From assembly GCA_013416795.1 (NCBI GenBank), contig RQSC01001079.1:208861-272860 (forward strand): 64,000 nucleotides of DNA, given 5' to 3'. Both the position numbers and the translations under genes were made by a program. The stretch comes from Prasinococcaceae sp. CCMP 1430. Taxonomy: Eukaryota > Plantae > Prasinodermophyta. Each line of letters starts with the position of its first letter. The first letter of the stretch is position 1. Shown piece by piece: positions 1-8,572 of the stretch. Under the pieces are notes generated by a model that did not search any database, had not been told where the DNA came from, and saw only the letters and a program-made list of their open reading frames with translations.

Positions 1-323
1 AGCGTTAGGTGGAACCCCAGCGCTCCGGCGTATCGCACCCAGTGCTTCGCCTGCATAGTGCACTCCTCTGCCTTGGACGCGAGGTAGAGGCACGCGACGC
101 CCACCGCCTGCGGGTCGTACTCGTCGTCGCGGTTGGCGACCGCAGTGAAGCGCCGCAGCATGACGATGGCCGTCGCGGCGACGCGTTGGCGCATGCGCGC
201 CTTGCACGACAGCTGCACCATCCACATGGTCGTGGCCGCCAGCGCGCCGCGGCCCCTCGGGATATCCACGCGCGGCAGGATCCACCGGCGGCAGTGCGTT
301 GACTGCCAGAAGTTCGACGCCAT
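1..323 (-). CDS. CYCC: Cyclin C, 5' part; runs off the window edge (not in ORF track)
   Basis: Manual translation from ATG at 323: MASNFWQSTHCRRWIL...RQRVAATAIVMLRRF...ACLYLASKAEE, matching the cyclin C N-terminus (MAxNFWxSSH) and cyclin box (RQRVxATA, CLYLASKAEE). Confidence 0.85.
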   Translation of the reverse strand, partial: MASNFWQSTHCRRWILPRVDIPRGRGALAATTMWMVQLSCKARMRQRVAATAIVMLRRFTAVANRDDEYDPQAVGVACLYLASKAEECTMQAKHWVRYAGALGFHLT

Positions 324-495
324 CGCCGCCGCCACCGCAGCCTCCGCGGCCGCAAACGCAGCACGATCGCAGCAACCAGCGGCCGTCCCCTCCCTCTCCC
401 TCTCTTCCGAACCCACCGACTCGCCCCCGCCCCGCCCGCCCCGCCCGCCCCGCCCGTCCCGCCCGCCTCGCCCGCCACACCGCGCGCGCGCTTGC

Positions 496-624
496 ACCGC
501 CTGCGCCGCCCAGTTCCTTCGGGGTCGAGAGCTTCACGGCAACGCGGCCATCCTCGCTGCGGGCTTCGCCATCGCGTCCGCCGGTGGCAGTGGCGCGGGT
601 GCTGTACTTGACGTCGACGGACAT
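496..624 (-). pseudogene. ohr: Truncated bacterial-type organic hydroperoxide resistance protein Ohr (first 43 codons only)
   Basis: Translation MSVDVKYSTRATATGGRDGEARSEDGRVAVKLSTPKELGGAGG is the Ohr N-terminus (ATATGGRDG...KLSTPKELGGAGG). It breaks off just before the catalytic TNPEQLFAAGYxACF motif. AAGGAG Shine-Dalgarno at 632-637. Confidence 0.85.
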
Positions 625-762
625 GCTCGGTCTCCTTAAAAACATTCTGCGATAATCATTATCGCGATAACGTTTAGCTAGTGCGTGAGTCGACCCTTGT
701 CCAGCGAATATTTATCGCGATATGTATTTTGACGAATTTGGCCCTGGCCAAGGAGACCGATC
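625..762. promoter_or_regulatory. Bacterial-type divergent ohr/ohrR intergenic region with two Shine-Dalgarno sites and palindromic operator candidates
   Basis: AT-rich island in GC-rich surroundings. Perfect palindromes TTATCGCGATAA (659-670) and TATCGCGATA (713-722). AAGGAG precedes both ATGs (632-637 on minus, 750-755 on plus). Confidence 0.7.
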
Positions 763-828
763 ATGCCCGCCGCCGCACCGCTCGACGACCAGCTCTGCTT
801 CTCGCTCTACGCGACGAGCATGGCGATC
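763..828 (+). pseudogene. ohrR: Truncated bacterial MarR-family regulator OhrR (first 22 codons; frame then runs into GC-rich host-like sequence to TAG at 907-909)
   Basis: MPAAAPLDDQLCFSLYATSMAI carries the OhrR LDDQLCFxLY motif with the redox-sensing Cys. It is divergent from ohr and has an SD at 750-755. Confidence 0.8.
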
Positions 829-1584
829 CTCGCTACGCGCGCGCCGCGCGGCGCACGCCGCCGCGGCGCAGCTCATCTCGCGCGCACCGCAGCTGCCGTC
901 GCCACCTAGCTTGAGACATCGGATGTACCAGCATGGTATTACATTTGAAGAAACGATCGCATCACCCACGGGCGCCTTCATTCACGGCGTCGCGCTGAAT
1001 GCATTGTGCATGCGGGCCATTCGCGGACGGGCACATTTCGAAACGCGAAAGCGCGCTGCGCACACGGCCGGCGGGCGCGCGAGCGCGCGGCACACAGCGT
1101 GGCTGCGCTGGGGGAGGCCGCGCTGGGCTCCTCAGAGGGGAGGTGGGGATGGAGCGCGCGGCGGGAGATGCGGTGGCCGCCGGCGCGCCCCGATCAGGCG
1201 CAGCGCTCGGCCTTGCCGAAACGCTGCGCCAACTCGCCACCGACGAGCGGGAGGGCGATGACGAGCAGGCCCCAAAGGACGGTGAGGGCGGGCGAGCTGA
1301 TCGCCATGCGTTGGATGCCGGGCGGTGTGGTAAATCCGAAAAATACATACAGACAAAGTGTGATGCTTGGCTTCTCTTGAAGGTATGTCATGTGTCCCAG
1401 TAGTACTGCGTGTGCATTGCGGGAGCAATTCGTGTGAGCGTTCCATGCGAGGCTGTCCAGTCATAGAAGTGTCGAGCAAGTGAGCCTATACCGTGGGCAG
1501 AAGATGATAGTGGATGGAAGCGGTGCGTTTTGAGGCTGCCTGCGTGGCCCCAGCGGGTCGTGCGGCGCACATCAGGTCAACGTC

Positions 1585-4547
1585 CTAGCGGCTGAGGTTG
1601 CGGGCACCCTGCGCCTGCTTTTTGGCGGCGCTCGTCGTGGCGCCCTCGATGGCCCGCCTCAGGCGGGCAATGTGAGCCTTCAGGTCCTCGTCGGGCCTCA
1701 TGCCCAGGCCGCCTTCGACCTTGGGAGTTGCTGCAGGTCCGCTGCCGTGCAGCTTCGCCGTTGCTGGGTCCTCTGCTGGCGAGCCTGACCCTCCCGACTT
1801 TGCTCCGTCTGTCACGCGCGCGGAGGTGCTCCCTGCGGCGACCGTAGCTGCACCCGCCGATGCAGACTGCGTCGCAGCAACGCCCTCGCCAAGCCCCATT
1901 CGGGCGAGCGGCATGCACCTTACGTGTTCGAGCACGTCGGAGAGGCTATTGAACGGCTTTGCTGCAGACGCGCTCAGCAGATACAGCAGCCTGTTCACCG
2001 ACACGCGGCTGGGGATCTTGTCCAACATAAAGGAACCCAGCTGCGTGGGGTCGACGTCACCGCCGCGGCGGCGCAAGTACAGGGCCGATTCGGCGAAAAG
2101 GCCCTGGTGAGCGATCATGCAATGACGCGTGTGATGGGGTTGTGGCGAGTCAGCTCGAAGCGCATCGCCGCACGAGCGTGTGTGAGAGCCATGTGTCGAC
2201 CGGCGGGTGTGCACATGCGAGTCTGCGCAGGCCCTCGCGGTCGTGCAGAAATGGTGTCGAGGCAGAGTCATACCTGAACGTTTTCGCGATGGCGACGGCC
2301 TTGCAGGTGTTGAGCAAGCTCAGTTCGCGTTAGCTCGGGCGCCGACGGGCCAAAGCATACCTCGCATCGCTGCCGTGAAGCAGACGGCAGCGCTGCTGAG
2401 GCCACGACGCTAGCCCTCGTGGAGAGCTTGCGTGCATCAGCCCCTCCTGGGCCCGAGCGGCACCCGGCTGCGAGACCTTCGGTGGTCGGAACCGAAGCGC
2501 TGGCGCGCTGAGACAGGAACGGGCGCGTCGTTTGGAGGCCACTACTATTCTCGAACCCCGCGCCTGGTACATTGACCAGCGATGGCGCACCCCTCGGCGA
2601 GCAGTATTGCGAGCTCGACGACGAAGAGGGCGATGGCGCCGAAAACAAGCGCGAATAGAAGCTCGCCGAGCCGCTCTCGACCTGTCCCGATGGCGTCGAC
2701 AGCAGGCCCTGGGAGGTACCCCACGGGGTGAGCAACGCGCAGTGATTCTCGTTCACTGTGCGCGCGAATGGTAGCAAGTCAGTGGAGTCGCCAATGTCCT
2801 TGCTCGTGGCGCGGCCGCTGACACTCGCCAGCTGCGGAGCCGCTGGCAAGCCGTTGGTGCTGCCCTCCGTTTCGCTCCCTGAGCGAACGGTAGGCGGAGC
2901 GGTGGTCGTGCGTCGAAAGTTCACGTCAACGTTGGGTGCCATTGGAGTCGGCGTGGCCTCGCCAACGCTTGGTACCAGTCGCTGCGTGCTCGTCTGGCGA
3001 GCGAGTGGTCCGTGCGGCGCTTGATCGTGCGCCATCGCCTGGGACGGCAGCTGTGGCTGGGCTTGCCCCTGCTGGCACCCGTCGCCGAGGACGACGGACA
3101 GCCGCGTCAGGGCAGCAGCTGCCTGCTTCAGATCAGCTAGATAACTCGGCTCGGCCATGACGTCAGACTGACTCGCTGTCTTCTCGGCGATGCCTTCGAC
3201 GGCACTCGCGCAGCCCTCCAGCAGGCCAGTCGGGAGTATCACGGGGGGCGTGACTGATCGGGTGTGTCCAAGAAGCGCCTGCGAGCGTGGTGCGACCGAC
3301 GCTCTCGGGGCGGCGAACGCAGATGGATGGGGCTGCAGCCCGGCCGCTGGTTTGAAGCCATCGGCAGACATCGCATTCGTGAGCCCCTTGTGCCCGCTGC
3401 TGGCACGAGCGCTATCACTGCCGTGCCAGCCGCCGACGCTGTCAACGTGCTTGAGGGCGGTGCTCGTAAGCCCATCGTGCGCTTCGTCGTGTCCGCGCGC
3501 GTTCGCGCGGGCGAAGAAGGGCCGCGCTGTCGCGTTGGCTCCGCTCTGGCCTGAGCTCACCACGCTCTGAAAGAGCGGCTGCTCTGCCCGCTCCTGCTGT
3601 TGGTGGTACGCGTGCGGAGGTGGGTATGGGGGCAGCGGTGGCTGAACGTCGAAATTCGAGCGGGCTTGGTAGTTTTGGTCTCCCACGTCGGCGCCTGTGA
3701 AGCCCGGAGGCGGCATTGGTGCAGTTTGCATCCGCGACGTCAGTGCAGCGAGTGGCGGTCGCAGCGGCGGCCGTCGCAGCAGCGGTGAAGGTGCGGAAAG
3801 ACGATGCTGTGATGTATGCTGGAGCTGTTGCTGTTCTGTTTGCGCGAAGGGCTGCTGTTGTGGCTCGTTCTCACGTGGCTTCAGCTCCTCTTCGCCGTGG
3901 GCAAAGTTGCAGCGGCTGCCGTGGAGGCACAGGCCGTTGGCGAAGTGGCGGCAGAGCTGCGTCTTGCGCAGCCCCGGATTCTTCGCTGGTGCCGGCGGTG
4001 GGTGTTGCTCGGCCAGACCGCGCAGGTACTCGAGCTCTTGCAGAGAGTCCATGAGGCTTGAATCGTCCTCGCCAGTCGCATTGCTCGAAGGCTCGGCCTG
4101 TGGGGAGGGCGGAGGGGGCGAGGCCGCCTTGCGAGCTGCGTCCGCGAAGGTATGCGTCGCGACCACCGCCCCTGCGCGTGTGGCATCGTGCGTAGTAGCA
4201 CCGTTCGACGGAGGCGCGGTGATTTTGACCGCGCTACCGTCGCCCTCGCTTGCGCACGGGGAAGTCGAGAAAAAGGGCACCAGAGGGCGCGAGTCACCGC
4301 CGCGCTCAGCTTTCCCGGTCGCACCATCACGCTGCTCGTCGGTGGCGGCGACAACTTCCCCGGCGCCGGCCGTCATCGCGGGCGAGGAGGGCACAACCAC
4401 CGCTGGTGGCTCCTCTCTCGCAGCCCCCGTTCCCGCCCTCGCACGCGCGGGCGGCGCGACAATCGGAATCGCTTTTGACCCGCCCAGCGGCGCGCACACC
4501 CGCCGAACAGGCGACCCCCGCGCGGCCTCTTTCCAGGAGCCCAGCAT
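1585..4547 (-). CDS. CCCH zinc-finger protein with a C-terminal matrin/U1-type C2H2 finger (2 exons; intron 2104-2273)
   Basis: KTQLCRHFANGLCLHGSRCNFAHGEEEL (CCCH) and CEVC...HLQGRRH. Donor CAG|GTATGA, branch GCTGAC and acceptor CAG join ORF 2268..4886 to ORF 1585..2271 in phase 0. Confidence 0.75.
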
Positions 4548-5402
4548 GTCGATCGCCGCCGCCCTGAGCGGGGGGGGGGGCGGGGCGGCGTCAGTGCTAT
4601 CTGGGTGAGTAGGTGGGTAGGCGCTCGTGCGCGGCGCCCCCCAGCCAGCGGCTCGCGGAGCCGCGGGGGAGTGCGCGCGCGCACAGAGGGGCGCGCGCAA
4701 TGTGTGGCGCGCGCACCGCGCGCGAATCGAATCGCAAGCGCGCGCGACGCGCCGCCCCATCAAACGCCACGCGCGCCGCTCGCGCGCGCATTCCGTCCCG
4801 GGCACCGCCGCGCGCGAAAAAGGAGGCGCCCCGCGCGAAAATTGCGAGGGCGAAATTGATCGCCGGCGGGCGCCCCCGCGAGACATTCATCCAATGAATC
4901 GTCTCACGATGAGTTTGGCACTGTCGATCGATGGGAGACCTCAGATGCGTCGCGAGCACTGAAGAAATGATCCAGTGCGCCTGGGAGAGCGGTCGCGCGG
5001 GCGGCGGGGCGGGCGCGTGCGCACTGGCGAACCCACTCACCCGGCGTGCGCGCGCTGCGCGCGCTCTCAGGGCCCTGGCCCGCCAGTCAATTCCAGCACT
5101 CAGGGCCGCGCCGCGCGAGCCCAAATATCTGGGCCACGTGGCAGCGCGCCAGAAAATGATCCATCCGACGGGCAGGCGCGCCGAGCGTCGTCCGGCCGGC
5201 GCGAGGACAGGGGCAGTACGCTCCCCTGCAGCAATGCAACTTGATTGGTTTTGTGGCTGCACTCCTCGGGCTGCCCTCGGGGCGCTGCAGCGCGTGCGGG
5301 CGCGGCGGGCACCCCGTGCGGGCAGCACACGGTGGCCGGTGCACGCCCCTCGGTGGGGAGCGGCACCGCGCCGAACCGGCTCGTCGGGGTCAGCCGGTGG
5401 CC

Positions 5403-6596
5403 ATGCTCGCCCCGTGCGCGGCACTTGGGGCGCTAGCCTCCTTGCCCGCCGCGCGTGGCAAGCGTGGCGCAAGGCACGGTCGGCGCCGCGCCGTTGGCCG
5501 CGCGCGGCAGAATTCACAGCAGCTGCGCCGTGGGGGGCGGTACACGCGACCTTCGACCGAGAAAAAGCGCGCGGCATTCGTGCCACCAGCAGGCAGGAAA
5601 GTCAAGGTACAGCGTCCGCCGGAGCGCGGCGGGGGGCGCTACATCGTCGACCTCGCGCTGCCCGCCCAGAAAGCATCTCCCAAGGGGATTGTCTGCTTCC
5701 TGCACGGGTTTTCGCAGTATCCGCTGGCGTACTGGGACACGCTGCACGAGCTCGCCACCGACCTCGGCGTTCTTATAGGCGCGCCGGAGACCGGCATCTT
5801 TTCGCTGCGAGTGTTGCGGCGTTGGCTCTCGGGCGAATTCGGGCGCTCACCCGATGCGCTGCAGGAGAGTCTGCAGCGGACGCTCGCCGAGGACGCCTTG
5901 CAGATGCTCGACTTGATGCGACAGCGTGCACCGCCCTTCGACGACCTGGAGCTGAGCGAGGACCTTCCTAGGGCCATGATGGGGCACTCGATGGGAGGCG
6001 GGCTGTGCTTCTACGTGGGACGTCATGCCCGCATCCCTGCGCTGGCCGCCATGGCCCCGTTCCCACAGCTGCAGGGTGACCTGGATCCGTCGAAGAACAT
6101 CGCGAGTGACCCTCCAAGCGAGGCGGTGCTCCTCGCAGGCGGGTGGGATTTCATCGCCAGGGGATCACCCACCGAGAAGCCTGGGGAGGCAATCAAGCAG
6201 CTCGCGCGAATGTGCGGCTCCAACGCCCTCTACAGCGAAATCCCACGCGGCCTGCACACAGGTTTCGAGGACGAGCTTGTCATAGGGGACTGGCCGCTGA
6301 TCGACGGGGCGGGTGGGCTGCCTGGTCCCTCAAATTTCCTTGAGCGCCTGATCAGGTTCGTCCTCGTGATCACGAGCGGCGTGCAGTTCCTTACGGACCA
6401 GCTCGACATAAGCGAGGCCGAGCTCTCGCACTTCCTCCGACGGACGGTCGTGGAGAGGCGCGCCGGGCAGGAGCAGGTCGTGCTCACGACGGAGGAGTTT
6501 AGGGACGCGATAGACCACGACCCCGACGTGCGGGAGGAGGCCGGCGCCGCGACATCTTTGGAGTTCCCCGGCAGGTCGGACGGGCCGCTCGTATGA
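5403..6596 (+). CDS. Alpha/beta hydrolase, chlorophyllase/cutinase-like, with probable N-terminal targeting peptide
   Basis: FLHGF oxyanion motif, nucleophile elbow GHSMGGG, candidate Asp (GGWDF) and His (GLHTGF). R/A/S-rich N-terminus. Confidence 0.8.
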   Translation: MLAPCAALGALASLPAARGKRGARHGRRRAVGRARQNSQQLRRGGRYTRPSTEKKRAAFVPPAGRKVKVQRPPERGGGRYIVDLALPAQKASPKGIVCFLHGFSQYPLAYWDTLHELATDLGVLIGAPETGIFSLRVLRRWLSGEFGRSPDALQESLQRTLAEDALQMLDLMRQRAPPFDDLELSEDLPRAMMGHSMGGGLCFYVGRHARIPALAAMAPFPQLQGDLDPSKNIASDPPSEAVLLAGGWDFIARGSPTEKPGEAIKQLARMCGSNALYSEIPRGLHTGFEDELVIGDWPLIDGAGGLPGPSNFLERLIRFVLVITSGVQFLTDQLDISEAELSHFLRRTVVERRAGQEQVVLTTEEFRDAIDHDPDVREEAGAATSLEFPGRSDGPLV

Positions 6597-6657
6597 CGCG
6601 ATGGAGAGAGCGTAGGGTGGTGGCGCGAGCCGTAAGGACACAAACGCAAGTGAGCCC

Positions 6658-6662
6658 TGTAA
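6658..6662 (+). promoter_or_regulatory. TGTAA poly(A) signal; also at 14199 and 30182 on plus, and 30239, 32688, 37631 on minus
   Basis: TGTAA lies shortly downstream of several modelled stop codons on the correct strand. UGUAA is the established chlorophyte poly(A) signal. Confidence 0.7.
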
Positions 6663-6787
6663 CTGACCACCGGGCCACGAAGAAAGTAAAGTAGTACTAC
6701 GTAGTCTACCATACATGTAGCGAGTGTCACCCTTCTTTCGCGCGCGTCGCACGCGTGACGCACATGTGCTGCCGTTTATCAGGCCGC

Positions 6788-7978
6788 TCAGACATCTTCT
6801 GTGCTGTACGCAGCGGGTGCTGACGACGCGTCCTCTGGCACGTCGGAGAAATTGTCGAGCTGGCTCACGTGGTAGTCGAGTTTGTCTACGTCAGCAATGA
6901 GGGTCTTGCCATCCTTGGCTTGCCGGATCATCGACTTGAAATAGCACGCAACGCGGAGGTCGCTGGGTAGGTAGACGTGTCGCTCGGTCACCGTGGCATT
7001 GTACAGGTCCTCAGTGGCCGACAGGCTCGCGATGATGGCCGCGAATCGCACTAGGCGCAATTCCTCTCCCTGCTGCGACTCCTCGTCCGACGTCTGTGCG
7101 GCCCCGTTGTAGCTGTGATCCACGAGGGGCGAGTTTTCGTCTAGCCTGTGTCTGACGGTCCACGTGAGGCTAAAGACGGGGTTGGTGGCGGTCACCAAGG
7201 GCAGCTCCTCGACGCAGCGCTCCACCACCCCGTCTGGCGAGCGCACGATCTTGAGAACCGCCAACTCGATAGATGCGCCCAGGAGCCTCCCTTTCGTCAT
7301 GCGCAAATTCATCATTCGGATGTGAAGCTCAGGGCAGGGGCGCCCGGGACGCGTCCACGGGACGCACGCCACCGAGCTGAAGAGCATGCGGGCCTGAGGC
7401 TTGGCGAGCTTGGCGAACAGCAAACCAGTCATCAAGCTCACGGACAGCAGAGCGACGAACGCCTCGAACACCATCACGACTTGCTGGTACGTGCAGAGGG
7501 GCTGCATGGTACCATATCCTATGGTGCTAAAGGTTTGAACGCTGAAGATGAGGACCCGGCCATAGCTTCCGTCAGTGCCTGTGCACTCGCCCGTGTTGTT
7601 GCCGATCATGTACAGGCCGGCAAAGATGAGGTTCAGCACGATGTAGACGACGAATAGCACGCACACCGTCATCCAAAACGGCATGGCAAACAGCTGATGG
7701 TACAGGTCGAGCGGAATCTCTCCGTGGGCCCAGCGCCACAGCCATGACTTGCCGAGGCTCTTTTTCACGATGGTGTCAGGCGAGAGGGCGCGCATGCGCT
7801 CGGCCTCGTCGTCATCATCGCCGGCGCCCTCCGGCAGCGCAGACGACGCGGTCTCCGCTGGTGACAGCATACGCTCATCGCCAATCATCAGGCGCACATG
7901 GCGCACGGCAGCGCGCCTGCGCAGCGAGGATCGCGGCAGCTCGTTCGAGGCGGCGGCGCCATCTCGCGCACCGGCCAT
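6788..7978 (-). CDS. Inward-rectifier potassium channel (Kir family)
   Basis: DLYH slide helix, two TM helices, selectivity filter FSVQTFSTIGYG, AKLAKP...FSS cytoplasmic domain. No intron needed. Confidence 0.9.
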   Translation of the reverse strand: MAGARDGAAASNELPRSSLRRRAAVRHVRLMIGDERMLSPAETASSALPEGAGDDDDEAERMRALSPDTIVKKSLGKSWLWRWAHGEIPLDLYHQLFAMPFWMTVCVLFVVYIVLNLIFAGLYMIGNNTGECTGTDGSYGRVLIFSVQTFSTIGYGTMQPLCTYQQVVMVFEAFVALLSVSLMTGLLFAKLAKPQARMLFSSVACVPWTRPGRPCPELHIRMMNLRMTKGRLLGASIELAVLKIVRSPDGVVERCVEELPLVTATNPVFSLTWTVRHRLDENSPLVDHSYNGAAQTSDEESQQGEELRLVRFAAIIASLSATEDLYNATVTERHVYLPSDLRVACYFKSMIRQAKDGKTLIADVDKLDYHVSQLDNFSDVPEDASSAPAAYSTEDV

Positions 7979-8572
7979 GACGACTGGTGGCGTGCGCGAT
8001 GGCTTTCTTTTTTGTTCGGACGCGTTGAAGATGGCGCGGGCCGGCCGGGGGGGGGGAGGGGGGAGGGGGCCGCGTCACCCGCGTGCTGTCGTCCGGCAAG
8101 CCCGGAGTCTTGCGGCCACCTGCCTCCGCCGCACTGTGCCGTGCCGCGCGCAGCGCATGCGAGCTGGCAACCGCTCTGTGATTTGCCACCCGCCCTCCTC
8201 GGCGGAGAAATATCTATCCTCTGCACGTTGGACATCGCGCAATAAACCGCGGCTGATTGGCAATGAGCAAGCCATTTTTTCGTCCTCGGAGTCTCTCTGT
8301 CTTTCTCGTACACACGTGTGACGCCCGGGCGGTACAAATGGTCCATCACGTGCGGGCGGGCAGCGGCGCGCGCCACACCGCGAGCCGCAGCGGGTGCGCG
8401 CCGGCGGGTCTTTGCTCGCAGCGCTCTCGGACGGCAGGCCCTGCAACGCGGCGCTCGCCAGCCGGGTGACCTGGGGGCGGCGGCACCCGAAGCAGGAGCG
8501 GCGCGGCGGGCACGCGCGCGTCGATACTCGTCGCTGGCTCGTTGCCGCACTGCACTCGACCTGAGCGCAAAT

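Noticed and set aside
825-828. GATC at the right junction of the bacterial fragment as proof of a Hi-C/MboI chimera
   Set aside because: Only one junction has it, there is no GATCGATC ligation signature, and GATC is common. Kept as a caveat, not a conclusion.
999-1403. ORFs 999..1403 + and 1194..1391 - as genes
   Set aside because: No recognisable motif, competing frames, and the region may be UTR; coding status cannot be supported.
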